A DNA stretch of 61,950 bases, filler included. It is 3 parts of 3 records of this genome, joined end to end, with 100 filler letters (N's around TTAATTAATTAA, not from the genome) between each part and the next. Parts side by side here need not be neighbours in the genome. Positions count along the whole stretch, not along the records: positions 1 to 18,014 come from DRR723986_1337; 2 more parts are not named here. One strand, written 5' to 3'. The notes below the pieces were generated by a model. That model searched no databases. It had not been told where the DNA came from and was given only the letters and a program-made list of their open reading frames with translations. Position 1 is the first letter of the stretch; each line of letters begins with the position of its first letter. The position numbers and the translations under genes were made by a program. Positions 1-9,759 of this stretch are shown here, one piece after another.

Positions 1-1566
1 CTCTTTCAGCTTTTCGCACATGGCGCGGCCACGGCGTTCCGCCTGGCTGCGGTGCACGAGCACGGAAAGCGCATCCACCGGCTCTTCGTTGACCAGGATC
101 GACATCCTGACCAGATCGCCGGCCCGGTAGTCCGAAATCTGATAGTCGAACGATGCGTAGCCCTTGGAGATCGACTTCAGGCGATCGTAGAAGTCGAACA
201 CGACTTCGTTGAGCGGCAGGTCGTAGGTTACCATCGCGCGGGAGCCGACATAGGACAGGTCGATCTGAAGACCGCGCCGTTCCTGGCACAGTTTCAGGAT
301 ACCGCCCAAATATTCGTCCGGCGTCATGATGGTTGCGCGGATCCAGGGCTCGCGGATTTCGGAAATCTTCACCACATCCGGCATGTCGGCCGGGTTGTGA
401 AGTTCGACTTCCGCACCGTCCGTCAGGGACATCTGGTAGACCACCGACGGCGCGGTCGCGATCAGGTCGAGGTCGAATTCGCGGTAGAGCCGTTCCTGGA
501 TGATTTCCAGGTGCAGCAGACCGAGGAAGCCGCAGCGGAAGCCGAAGCCGAGAGCTGCGGATGTTTCCATTTCAAACGAGAACGAGGCATCGTTGAGGCG
601 CAGCTTGCCCATGGCAGCGCGCAGATCCTCGAAGTCGTTCGCGTCGACCGGGAAGAGACCGCAGAACACGACCGGCTGAGCCGGCTTGAAGCCCGGAAGG
701 GCTTCCGTGCAGGGTTTCTTTTCCAGGGTGATGGTATCACCGACACGGGTGTCGGCCACTTCCTTGATGGACCCGGTGATGACGCCGATCTCGCCGGCCT
801 TCAGCTCGTCCACTTGCAGGAATTTCGGGGTCATGACGCCGACGCGGTCGACATCATAGGCAGCGCCCGTACCCATCATCTTGATCTTCTGGCCCCTCTT
901 CAGGGAGCCGTCGATGACACGGACGAGCACCATCACGCCGAGATAGGTGTCGTACCAGCTGTCGACCAGCATCGCCTTCAGTGTCGCTTCCGGGTCACCT
1001 TCCGGAGGCGGCAGCTTGGAAACGATCGCTTCCAGCACGTCATCGACACCAAGACCGGTCTTGGCGGAGATCATGCAGGCTTCTGACGCATCGATGCCGA
1101 TCACGTCCTCGATCTGTTCCTTGATGCGGTCCGGTTCGGCCGCAGGCAGGTCGATCTTGTTGAGGACGGTGACGATCTCATGATCGTTGTCGATGGCCTG
1201 ATAGACGTTGGCGAGCGTCTGGGCTTCCACACCCTGAGAGGCGTCGACCACCAGCAGCGAGCCTTCACAGGCCGCCAGCGAGCGGGACACTTCATAGGCA
1301 AAGTCCACGTGGCCCGGCGTGTCGATCAGGTTCAGCGTATATTGTTCGCCGTCCTTGGCATTGTAGATCAGTCGCACTGTTTGCGCCTTGATCGTGATGC
1401 CGCGCTCGCGTTCGATGTCCATCGAATCGAGCACCTGCTCGGTCATTTCGCGGTCGGTCAGCGTGCCGGTCATCTGGATCAGGCGGTCGGCCAGCGTCGA
1501 CTTGCCGTGATCGATATGAGCCACGATGGAAAAGTTGCGGATGTTGGAAAGCTTCTTCGTCGTCAT
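1..1566 (-). CDS. lepA: Elongation factor 4 (LepA), 3' end runs off the window
   Basis: Read manually on the minus strand (absent from the ORF track): [30 protein letters not shown]...[18 protein letters not shown]...[25 protein letters not shown]...NKIDLP; the frame reads ...[11 protein letters not shown] at base 1. Confidence 0.97.
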   Translation of the reverse strand, partial: MTTKKLSNIRNFSIVAHIDHGKSTLADRLIQMTGTLTDREMTEQVLDSMDIERERGITIKAQTVRLIYNAKDGEQYTLNLIDTPGHVDFAYEVSRSLAACEGSLLVVDASQGVEAQTLANVYQAIDNDHEIVTVLNKIDLPAAEPDRIKEQIEDVIGIDASEACMISAKTGLGVDDVLEAIVSKLPPPEGDPEATLKAMLVDSWYDTYLGVMVLVRVIDGSLKRGQKIKMMGTGAAYDVDRVGVMTPKFLQVDELKAGEIGVITGSIKEVADTRVGDTITLEKKPCTEALPGFKPAQPVVFCGLFPVDANDFEDLRAAMGKLRLNDASFSFEMETSAALGFGFRCGFLGLLHLEIIQERLYREFDLDLIATAPSVVYQMSLTDGAEVELHNPADMPDVVKISEIREPWIRATIMTPDEYLGGILKLCQERRGLQIDLSYVGSRAMVTYDLPLNEVVFDFYDRLKSISKGYASFDYQISDYRAGDLVRMSILVNEEPVDALSVLVHRSQAERRGRAMCEKLKE

Positions 1567-1802
1567 GGCCGCCCCTTTACCATTGCAATTCGATTTCGCC
1601 TAGTAGATTGAAGCCTTCGGGCGTTGAATTCCGGTGCTTTTTTGCACCCTCGGGCGAATGCCGGGTTTCGCCGCTCCGGCAGGGATATGGCGCCTCCGGC
1701 AAATGACGTAGCCCGCAGGTGACATTTGTCGTGGCAAATCAACCTCAAAGTGTGATCTAGATTGCATCGGCACTGATGTGTCGAGCAGCCTGACAAGAGA
1801 GC

Positions 1803-2321
1803 ATGATGTTGATCCGTAATGCAGAACCGAAGGATGTCCCGTCGATCCTGGCGCTTTATAACCAGGCTGTGCGCGAGACGACGGCTGCCTGGACAAATCG
1901 TGAGGAAACGCTGGACGACAGGCTGACCTGGTACGAAGGCCGGGTGAAGCAGGGTCTGCCGGTTCTGGTGGCCGTGGACGATGCCGATACCGTTCTCGGG
2001 TTCGCCAGCTTCGGGCCGTTCCGGCCTCGCGAAGGGTACCGCCTGACGGCGGAACATTCCGTCTATGTCGACCCGGCGGCACAGCGGCGCGGCATTGGGA
2101 AGGCGCTTCTGGAGCGGTTGGTCGACATTGCCGCCGACATGAAATTACATGTGCTGGTCGGCGTCATCGACGGGGACAATGCTGCGTCCATCGCCCTTCA
2201 CGAGAAGCTTGGTTTTCATGTTGCCGGCCGTCTGCCGGAAGCCGGCACCAAATTCGGCCGCTGGCTGGATCTGGTCTTCGTTGCCAGGGTTCTGGGGCCG
2301 ATGCAGTCGCCGAAAGCCTAG
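1803..2321 (+). CDS. GNAT N-acetyltransferase (phosphinothricin acetyltransferase/YncA-MnaT-like)
   Basis: GFASFGPFRPREGYRLTAEHSVYV, QRRGIG, NAASIALHEKLGF, KFGRWLD motifs. Confidence 0.9.
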   Translation: MMLIRNAEPKDVPSILALYNQAVRETTAAWTNREETLDDRLTWYEGRVKQGLPVLVAVDDADTVLGFASFGPFRPREGYRLTAEHSVYVDPAAQRRGIGKALLERLVDIAADMKLHVLVGVIDGDNAASIALHEKLGFHVAGRLPEAGTKFGRWLDLVFVARVLGPMQSPKA

Positions 2322-2338
2322 GCGTCATCCAGCCGGTC

Positions 2339-3427
2339 TCAATTGGCCGTCAGCACCGACCGGCAGTCATTCGGCAGGGCTGCCAGAGCCATGGGCCGTT
2401 TCTTGACCACCTTCGGAGGCTCTCCGGGCTTGGGAGGATTTTTGGGAACCCAGGGTTCGTCGGACAGCCAATAGGCAAGGTCCGCGCCACAGCCATCGCC
2501 CGGGGGCGGCGGGTTCTGGTTCTTGCAGCCGGCACTGCCTGCAGGGCAGGAAAGGCGAACGTGGAAGTGATAGTGATGCCCCCACCACGGTCGTACCTTG
2601 CGCAACCAGGCGCGGTTGCCGCCCTTCTCGAAATCGCACAGAGCCTTCTTGATCGTCGGGCTGACGAAGATGCGTGCAACACGCTGGTCGGATGCGGCGC
2701 GCCGGATCAGCCGAGCATGGTCATCTGACCATTTCCTGGGGTCGACACGCCGGTCTGCACCCTTGACGTCCATCGGACCGATCAGCATCGAAATAGCGGA
2801 GATGTCTTCGCGTTCCTGAGCGGTCAGTCGCCGGTTCGGCATTTCCGTCAGCCAGATATCGGCGTCGAGGCCAATCTGATGGCTGGCATGGCCGGATGTC
2901 ATCGGCCCGCCGCGCGGCTGCGCGATATCGCCGACAAGCAAACCGTTCCAGCCGACCTTGGGGGCATCGCTGGCCAGATCCTTGAGATAGTCGATCAGGA
3001 CAGGGTGACCCCAATTGCGGTTGCGCGACAGACGCATTGCCTGCCAGGTCGGGCCATCCGTCGGCAGTTCAGCTCCGCCTGCAAGGCAACCCTTGGCGTA
3101 GGATCCGATCGAGCGGGCTTTCAGTTGAGCTGGTCCGGTGGCGGCGCCGAAATAGTCTCGTGCCGGCTGGTCCCCATAAAGCACCAGCTTGGGCTTGTTC
3201 GCGACATAGCCTTCCGGCACATCGCGTTTCTTTACCGGGACAGGCACACCGGCCACCAGTTCGACGGTCGGCGAATAGTCCTCGGAGACGGGATCGGCCG
3301 GTTTGGCTGTCGGTACCGGCGCGGCTGACGCAACGAGACAGGATACCTGGAACGCGGCTGCAAATGCCATGAAGCCGGACACCGAAGGTGCCCAGCGATT
3401 TCGCTTGCCTGTTTTCCCCGTTCTCAC
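2339..3427 (-). CDS. mepA: Penicillin-insensitive murein endopeptidase
   Basis: SIGSYAKGCLAG, RNRNWGHP, GDIAQPRGGPMTSGHASHQIGLDADIW, WWGHHYHFHVRLSCP; start uncertain. Confidence 0.93.
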   Translation of the reverse strand: MRTGKTGKRNRWAPSVSGFMAFAAAFQVSCLVASAAPVPTAKPADPVSEDYSPTVELVAGVPVPVKKRDVPEGYVANKPKLVLYGDQPARDYFGAATGPAQLKARSIGSYAKGCLAGGAELPTDGPTWQAMRLSRNRNWGHPVLIDYLKDLASDAPKVGWNGLLVGDIAQPRGGPMTSGHASHQIGLDADIWLTEMPNRRLTAQEREDISAISMLIGPMDVKGADRRVDPRKWSDDHARLIRRAASDQRVARIFVSPTIKKALCDFEKGGNRAWLRKVRPWWGHHYHFHVRLSCPAGSAGCKNQNPPPPGDGCGADLAYWLSDEPWVPKNPPKPGEPPKVVKKRPMALAALPNDCRSVLTAN

Positions 3428-3496
3428 GTCGAAACCTCGTGCGCCAGTCTGGGTGTTCCGCCGTCGTTGCTCCCGCCGCGACGATCACCTCACTCG

Positions 3497-4582
3497 TCAG
3501 GCAGCATGCACCAAATCGGGTGCTTCTGCATCCGATTCGCTATTATCCACATGCGCCGCGATCATGTCGGCGAACGCGTCGAGGAAAACCGTGTTGTCGC
3601 GGATCACCCTGTCTGCAGCACCGTTCAGCGTGATGATGTTGCCGGGACGGGCATTGTCGATGTCTTCGGCTTCCGGTGGAAGATCGGCGTCGAGCCTGTG
3701 ATAGGTCACGTTCGGCAGTTCTGCAAAGAGCTGCCGTGCCTGATCGGAGGTCGTCTGGCTTTGCGCGTCGGCAAGGATCGACATCAGCGGCGCGCCCTTG
3801 GAGGGCTGCAGCCAGCCGAGGGCACCCCAGCCAACGGCGTCCTTGTAAAGGAACGACCGTGCCGGTGCCCGGCCGGTGCCAAGCGACAGGATGACGATCT
3901 CGTCGTCGCCCCAGCCAAGATTGCGGGCTTCCAGATACGCTGCCACTGTCGGGTCTTTCATGAAGACCGTTCCATCGATCAGGGCTTCCTCGCGCCGGCG
4001 GCTGAGATTTTCAACGCGTGCCGGTTCGAAATACGAGGGGGTGGCGGTGGTCGCACGCACAGCTTGCCAGAAGTAATAGTCGTCCGGCCGGCCGCTGCTT
4101 GCTTCAAGGCCGTTTGTCAGGAATACGGGTTTGCGCTGTTCCAGATCGTAGGCGGTCAGGACAAGATGGGTCAAGCCACTGGCCATGGAGGTCCAGCCGA
4201 AGCGTTCCTTCAGCAGCTTTTCCAGCGGCCGCGGATCGTAGGTCTCGTCGAACAGGCCAAGCGAACTGGTGACGGTTCTGGCCAGTCGTGCCGAGATTGA
4301 TGATTTGAAGATTTCCCGCGCGTCACGTTCGAAGAAGCTGCGCAGCTCATCAATTGTCGCGGCAGGTGCGCCGGCGGTGCCGCCTGGGCGCGGGGCGGAT
4401 AGGCCTGCAGCAATCAGGCCGCCGGTAGAAGAACCGGCCATCAGATCAAAAACCTGGTGCAGCGGCTCGCTAACGCCGCGCTGGCTCAATCGGCTTTCAA
4501 GTGTCTCAAGCAGCCGAAGCGGAATGAGGCCACGAATGCCGCCGCCGTCAATGGAAAGAATAAAACGTTTTTTCTGGGTCAT
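3497..4582 (-). CDS. Patatin-like phospholipase
   Basis: ILSIDGGGIRG, GSSTGG nucleophile elbow, TATPSYF, DGT (variant of DGG), LSLGTG; start taken at MTQKKRF. Confidence 0.88.
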   Translation of the reverse strand: MTQKKRFILSIDGGGIRGLIPLRLLETLESRLSQRGVSEPLHQVFDLMAGSSTGGLIAAGLSAPRPGGTAGAPAATIDELRSFFERDAREIFKSSISARLARTVTSSLGLFDETYDPRPLEKLLKERFGWTSMASGLTHLVLTAYDLEQRKPVFLTNGLEASSGRPDDYYFWQAVRATTATPSYFEPARVENLSRRREEALIDGTVFMKDPTVAAYLEARNLGWGDDEIVILSLGTGRAPARSFLYKDAVGWGALGWLQPSKGAPLMSILADAQSQTTSDQARQLFAELPNVTYHRLDADLPPEAEDIDNARPGNIITLNGAADRVIRDNTVFLDAFADMIAAHVDNSESDAEAPDLVHAA

Positions 4583-4821
4583 GGGATTCCCCGGGATCGT
4601 CGCAATGGAAGGCGCTACATCTCTCCGAGAAGACGGGAGACGCTTTTTGCTTACCTTTAGAATGTTGTCATCAATTGCGACACTGCAATGGCAAAGCGAA
4701 AAACAGGTGGACGATTTTTCGAAATTGGCGAGCAAGAAGTTAAACCGACTTCGCTAATCTGCGAAGACCGACCGCAGTTTTCCTTTTCTTGCGACGGCCA
4801 GCAGCCTGCCCGGGTGCTGGA

Positions 4822-5643
4822 TCACGAAACATTCACCAGGAAACTGGAAATGGTTTCAACCAGCAGGTCCGGGCATTCCCTGTGAGGCGTGTGCCCTCTT
4901 CCTTCCAGGATGACCTTCTGTCCGCCGGTGCTATTGGCGATGTGTTCCGGGTGGCGGGTTGATCCGTATTCGTCCAGTGCGCCGTGGATCGCAAGGGTGC
5001 TGCAGCGGACACCGGCAAGCGCATCGTCAAGGGACCAATGGGCGAAGGCGGGCGAAAGCCATGATTCCGTCCAGGCATCCAGCACCCAGCGCGCCTTGTC
5101 GCCGTGATAGAGCGCAAGTCTGTCGAACGCGCCGGGATCGGCAAATGCGGTGCGTGCTTCGCGCACACCTTCCAGGGTGCGGTCCTCGATAAGCGCCTGA
5201 GCGGCAATCGTGACCAGGGCCGTGACCTTCTCGGGATGCTGTGCGGCCGTATGCACCGCCATGCCACCACCGACGCTGTGCCCACAGGCAACAAATCGTG
5301 TGAGGTCCAGCTGCTCGCACAGCGCAGGCACAACCGTACTGCCTTCATCCGCAATGAAGCTTGCGGGCAGGATGTCTTCGCGCACCGACGACTGGCCGAA
5401 GCCGGGCCTGTCATAGGCAATCACGACCCGTCCGCTGGCCACGGCAAGGCGCTCGGGAAAATCACGCCAGAGGGCGATACAGCCAAGAGAATCGTGAAAC
5501 AGGAGCACCGGCACCTTGCCGGGCAAACGATCTTCAGGTGTCCAGCAGCGAACGTGAACGGTGGAGTTGCCGACCGTGACGGCGCGCGTTTCGACATGGA
5601 CGGTGCCGGACAAGAGAGTGGTCAAAGAAGAAAACCTTTCCAT
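4822..5643 (-). CDS. Alpha/beta fold hydrolase
   Basis: LFHDSLG, AYDRPGFGQS, GHSVGG, IHGALDEYG, GHTPH; start uncertain. Confidence 0.85.
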   Translation of the reverse strand: MERFSSLTTLLSGTVHVETRAVTVGNSTVHVRCWTPEDRLPGKVPVLLFHDSLGCIALWRDFPERLAVASGRVVIAYDRPGFGQSSVREDILPASFIADEGSTVVPALCEQLDLTRFVACGHSVGGGMAVHTAAQHPEKVTALVTIAAQALIEDRTLEGVREARTAFADPGAFDRLALYHGDKARWVLDAWTESWLSPAFAHWSLDDALAGVRCSTLAIHGALDEYGSTRHPEHIANSTGGQKVILEGRGHTPHRECPDLLVETISSFLVNVS

Positions 5644-5844
5644 TCGCATTGAAGGGCTGTGCCGGAAAACGGCGGAACGGTCTGTCAGGATTCGCATGGG
5701 GGATGCGGTTTCCTGCCGAGGCTTATCGCAGGCCATGCACCTGCAACAAGCCTCTCTTTTCGAACTAATCTGTCTTGGCTCTTTATCCCGCGCGGTCTTT
5801 CGGACTAGGATCGTGCCGATTTTCCAACCTTCACAGGAAGTTCC

Positions 5845-6888
5845 ATGAATATCGATCTGCTTCGCCGCCTTTGCGAAACGCCGGGTGTACCGGGTCACGA
5901 ACACCGGGTCCGCGACCTGATTCAGGCGGAAATCAAGGGCTTGTTCGACGAGGTTACCGTCGACCCGATGGGTTCGCTGCTTTGCCGCCGCGACAGCCGC
6001 AAGGCTTCCAAGAAGGGAACCCCGAAGAAGGTCATGCTTCTGTGCCACATGGATGAGATCGGCTTCCTGGTCTCACATGTCACGGACAAGGGCTTCGTTC
6101 ACGTGCAGCCGGTTGGTGGCTTCGATGCCCGCAACCTGTTCTCCCGCCGCGTGCTGGTGTCTACCGATGAAGGCGACTTCAAGGGGGTGATGAACCCGGG
6201 CGGCAAGCCGATCCATATCTCTTCTCCGGAAGAGCGCAAGAAAGTGCCGGAGCCCAAGGAATTCGTCATCGACATGGGCCTTGGCGAAAAGACCAAGGAG
6301 ATCGTCAAGGTCGGCGACATGGTGACCATGGACGAGCCGCTGATCGAGATCGGCGACAAGGTCGTCTCCAAGGCGCTCGACAACCGCATCGCCTGCTGGC
6401 TCGGCATCGAGGCGATCAGAGGTCTGGGCAAGGCCAAGCATGATTGCGAAATTCATGTCGCCTTCACCTGCCAGGAAGAAGTCGGCCTGCGCGGCGCGCG
6501 CACCGCGTCCTTCGCCATTGCGCCGGACATCGGGCTTGGCATCGATACCACGCTTGCCTGCGACACGCCGGGCGTTCCCGAGCAGGACCGCACCACTGTG
6601 CAGGGCGAAGGCTTCGGTCTGCACGTAAAGGATTCCAGTTTCATCGCGGACCGCGATCTGGTGAAGGAAATCGAAGCCATTGCGGTTAAGGAAAAGATCC
6701 CGTTCCAGCGCACCATGCTGGCGGCTGGTGGCCAGGACGGCGCGGCTGCCCAGCAGGCGGCTGCCGGTGCCAAGGCAATCGGCATCGTTGTCGGCACCCG
6801 CTACATTCACACGGTCACTGAAATGATCGACAAGGGTGACCTTCAGGCGGCTCTGGACATCATCGTCGCCTACCTGAAAAAGGCGTAA
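5845..6888 (+). CDS. M42 family metallopeptidase (TET/Frv-like aminopeptidase)
   Basis: PGVPGHE, CHMDEIGF, SKALDNR, QEEVGLRGA, GIDTT, RYIHT. Confidence 0.92.
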   Translation: MNIDLLRRLCETPGVPGHEHRVRDLIQAEIKGLFDEVTVDPMGSLLCRRDSRKASKKGTPKKVMLLCHMDEIGFLVSHVTDKGFVHVQPVGGFDARNLFSRRVLVSTDEGDFKGVMNPGGKPIHISSPEERKKVPEPKEFVIDMGLGEKTKEIVKVGDMVTMDEPLIEIGDKVVSKALDNRIACWLGIEAIRGLGKAKHDCEIHVAFTCQEEVGLRGARTASFAIAPDIGLGIDTTLACDTPGVPEQDRTTVQGEGFGLHVKDSSFIADRDLVKEIEAIAVKEKIPFQRTMLAAGGQDGAAAQQAAAGAKAIGIVVGTRYIHTVTEMIDKGDLQAALDIIVAYLKKA

Positions 6889-6894
6889 GGCATG

Positions 6895-6923
6895 GAAAAG
6901 GGGAGCTTCGGCTCCCCTTTTTA
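6895..6923 (+). terminator. Rho-independent terminator
   Basis: AAAAGGGGAGC-TTCG-GCTCCCCTTTTT just after the M42 stop. Confidence 0.9.
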
Positions 6924-6956
6924 AGTCAGGTGTCAGATCTGGTTTTTTCCCACCTG

Positions 6957-6985
6957 CGTCATTGCCGGACTTGATCCGGCAGTCC
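6957..6985. repeat. Single arm of an alphaproteobacterial REP-like palindrome
   Basis: CGTCATTGCCGGA-CTTGA-TCCGGCAGTCC hairpin resembling the rhizobial GTCATTGCCGGGCTTGACCCGGCAATCC repeat; lies between convergent genes. Confidence 0.55.
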
Positions 6986-7032
6986 GGTCCAGCCCACGTC
7001 CCAACCGGAGTGTACGCGGAAGGGCTGCCTGC

Positions 7033-7647
7033 TCAGGCTACCAGGCCGAGGAGGTTCGAGACCTGGTCGCCGGTGCCTGCATAAAGCTCGCTGACGGCAG
7101 CGCTCTGGTAGCTGAAGGAGCCGTTGTCGAAGTTGCCTTCGATGGAAGAGGCGTTTGCGGAGCGGACGGACAGCCCGGTTTCGCTGTCGTAGGACACCCG
7201 CTCGAAGGATACGAACTGCGCGGAAACGGTTTCACCACCGATTTCGGCTTCAATAGTGGTCGTTGAAATCGTCGCGCTTTCATAGGCGACATTCGCCGAA
7301 GCGCCGCTTTCCTCTTCACCAAGAGCCACCTTCAGTTTGCCGGCGGTCTTCTGATAGTCCTCGACGGTCGCCAGCGCGCCGTCCTTTTCCTTGTCGTCGT
7401 CCTTGCCTTTGCCTTTTTCGACCGCATCCTGAAGGGCGGCGATCACGACCGCGTCTTCCTCGGCCTGTTTGCTGGCTGCTTCCAGAGCATTGACGGCGGG
7501 GGACTTGTCGTGGCCATTCCGCTGGCCGATCTCGTGGCCGTAGGCGTTGCCCTTGGGATCGTTCTTCTGGCCTTCAGCGCCGCCATTCGAAAAGGAAGCC
7601 GTAAAGAGGCTCGCGCTTTGCGTGGTGGTTTCGATGGAAATCTGCAT
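7033..7647 (-). CDS. Hypothetical acidic Ser/Thr/Ala-rich protein
   Basis: 204-aa ORF from MQISIETT with host-like codon usage; no family recognised. Confidence 0.7.
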   Translation of the reverse strand: MQISIETTTQSASLFTASFSNGGAEGQKNDPKGNAYGHEIGQRNGHDKSPAVNALEAASKQAEEDAVVIAALQDAVEKGKGKDDDKEKDGALATVEDYQKTAGKLKVALGEEESGASANVAYESATISTTTIEAEIGGETVSAQFVSFERVSYDSETGLSVRSANASSIEGNFDNGSFSYQSAAVSELYAGTGDQVSNLLGLVA

Positions 7648-7716
7648 GGCTTCGGATCCCGGCTTGTCCGGCCCTTTCTGGTCCGGCACAGTTGCAGAAA
7701 GCATCCTGCAAAACCG

Positions 7717-7732
7717 TTAACAGGCTATTAAC
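7717..7732. promoter_or_regulatory. CtrA box (TTAA-N7-TTAAC)
   Basis: TTAA CAGGCTA TTAAC about 70 nt upstream of the 7647 start, in a GC-rich alphaproteobacterial contig. Confidence 0.75.
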
Positions 7733-7748
7733 CAATGCAAGGCCGTCT

Positions 7749-8429
7749 TCAGACCGGCATTGCCGGGCCAAATGCCTTTTCCAGAAACCGCCCGCCCAGC
7801 ACCATGCCGCGCTCGTCAATCGAATGGCCGAGGCCGGCCAAAAGGTGCAGGCTTGAGGAAACCCCGGCATCGTCAAGCGCCTTTTGTGCTGCCTGGGCAT
7901 GATAGCGGGCAACGACATCGTCTTCCTCGCCATGGACGATCAGCACCGGGCTTTGCGTGTTGACCGGACCCAGCTGGCTGGCTCCCGGCAACAGTCCGGA
8001 ATAACCGATCAGGGCCGCTGGCGGAGACGGGCGGCGCAGGCCGCATTGAAAGGTCATCATGGCTCCCTGGCTGAAGCCGACCAATGCCAACGCGCTGCCG
8101 TCCAGCGAATGGCGGGCCAGTTCGTCGTCCAGAAACCTGTCGAGCACCGGATGGGCGGCCTGCGCGCCGAGGCGGTATTCATTGGGATCGCGCTCCTGGA
8201 GTGCAAACCATTGCCGCCCGCCAAGCGCTTCAAAGGGAAGGTGTTCAGGAGCGTTCGGCGCAACGAAAGCCGCATCGGGAAGCTGTCCCTGCCAGGCGCG
8301 CCCGAGGTCGATCAGGTCAAGGCCATCCGTGCCGTAGCCATGCAGGATCACAACCAGCTGACGGGCGGGTTTGCCGGAGGCCGGTGCAAGACGTGGACCG
8401 TCGAGAAGGGGAGGAAAGGTGCCTGTCAA
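7749..8429 (-). CDS. Phospholipase/carboxylesterase (Abhydrolase_2/YpfH-like)
   Basis: LHGYG, GFSQGAM, HGEEDDVV, GLGHSID; probable TTG start. Confidence 0.9.
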   Translation of the reverse strand: MTGTFPPLLDGPRLAPASGKPARQLVVILHGYGTDGLDLIDLGRAWQGQLPDAAFVAPNAPEHLPFEALGGRQWFALQERDPNEYRLGAQAAHPVLDRFLDDELARHSLDGSALALVGFSQGAMMTFQCGLRRPSPPAALIGYSGLLPGASQLGPVNTQSPVLIVHGEEDDVVARYHAQAAQKALDDAGVSSSLHLLAGLGHSIDERGMVLGGRFLEKAFGPAMPV

Positions 8430-8445
8430 TTTTGGGGAAACCTGA

Positions 8446-9726
8446 TTATTCGGCTGGTGTCTTCCGGTCTGCCGCATCGGAAGGTGACGGCAGTCTTTCC
8501 TGAAGACGCATGAAGGGAAGGGCGATCAGCATGGCGGCGAGGATCAGCACGCCTGCCAGGGCAAACGGCGCGCCGGGAAAGGAAATCGCCGCCTCAGGAC
8601 CTGAAAACGTGGCAAAGACCTGGGTCATCACCAGCGGGCTCACCACCATGGAAAGGCCGGCGGCACTGGCAATCAGGCCCTGCAATTCGCCCTGCGCATT
8701 GTCCGGGACACGGACCGACATTAGACCGGTGAAGGCAGGCGTCGCCATCGCACCAAGCGCCGCGAACGAGATCAGCAGATAGGCCATCCAGCCGGTATCG
8801 GCGACGGCGAGACCGGCAAAGGCCACGAGATTGGCGGCCAGTCCGATGAAGAGTGTCCGGCCGGGCCCGAGCTTTGGTTCCAGGACACGGATCAGGTATC
8901 CCTGAACGAAGGCAAATCCGACACCGACGGCCGCAAGTGACAGACCGATGTCTCCGGGGCTCCAGGCGAAGACCTCCTCCGCATAGTAGCTCCAGACGGA
9001 CGGGTAGACGTAATGGGCGATGTCGAACAGGAAGATGGCCAGAAGCAGCGTGCGCACCGCCGGATAGGCGGCGATCTGCTTGAAGGCCCCGAAAGGATTG
9101 GCCCGTTTCCAGTCAAAATCTCTTCTGTTTTCGTCCTTCAGCGTTTCCGGCAGCATGAAATAGCCGAAGAGGAAATTGACGAAGGAAAGGCCTGCGGCGG
9201 CATAAAAGGGCGCACGCGGTCCGTATTCGCCGAGATAACCGCCGATCATCGGCCCGAGTACGAAGCCGACACCAAATCCGGCTCCGACAAGGCCGAAGTT
9301 CTTCGCCCTGTCTTCCTTGGACGACACGTCGGCAATGAAGGCTGATGCGGCCGAGAAGGTTGCTCCGGCGACACCCGACAGGGTTCTGCCGATGAACAGC
9401 ACGGCCAGATGCCAGGAGAAGGCCATGATCAGGTAGTCGACAGCCATGGCGAACATGGACACCAGTAGCACCGGACGGCGGCCAAAGCGGTCGGACAGAT
9501 TGCCGAGCGTCGGACCGAAGGCGAACTGCATCAAGGCGTAGACGACGCTCAGTGCACCGCCCCAGCGGGCGGCTTCGCTCACAGGCAGCGAGGTGAGTTC
9601 GGTCAGGAGCGAGGGCATCACCGGCATCATCAGGCCGATGCCCATGGAATTGAGAACCAGCGTGACCAGGATGAACCCCAGCGCGCTGCGTTTGGAGATA
9701 CCGGACCGCAACTCTTTTCCCGCCAA
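8446..9726 (-). CDS. TCR/Tet family MFS efflux transporter
   Basis: About 12 hydrophobic segments, motif A GNLSDRFGRRPVLL, GRTLSGVAGA, motif C GFVLGPMIGG. Confidence 0.92.
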   Translation of the reverse strand: MAGKELRSGISKRSALGFILVTLVLNSMGIGLMMPVMPSLLTELTSLPVSEAARWGGALSVVYALMQFAFGPTLGNLSDRFGRRPVLLVSMFAMAVDYLIMAFSWHLAVLFIGRTLSGVAGATFSAASAFIADVSSKEDRAKNFGLVGAGFGVGFVLGPMIGGYLGEYGPRAPFYAAAGLSFVNFLFGYFMLPETLKDENRRDFDWKRANPFGAFKQIAAYPAVRTLLLAIFLFDIAHYVYPSVWSYYAEEVFAWSPGDIGLSLAAVGVGFAFVQGYLIRVLEPKLGPGRTLFIGLAANLVAFAGLAVADTGWMAYLLISFAALGAMATPAFTGLMSVRVPDNAQGELQGLIASAAGLSMVVSPLVMTQVFATFSGPEAAISFPGAPFALAGVLILAAMLIALPFMRLQERLPSPSDAADRKTPAE

Positions 9727-9759
9727 TCCCGTCAGCTGAAGGAGGGTGACCTTATCCGA

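Noticed and set aside
52-1611. Long plus-strand ORFs (344 aa and 143 aa)
   Set aside because: Antisense shadows of lepA, which the ORF track missed because it has no stop inside the window.
3497-4582. Patatin as a CBASS CapV effector
   Set aside because: No CD-NTase or other defence gene nearby; housekeeping context.
8446-9726. Acquired tetA resistance gene
   Set aside because: No tetR or mobile element; looks like a chromosomal Tet-family MFS homologue.
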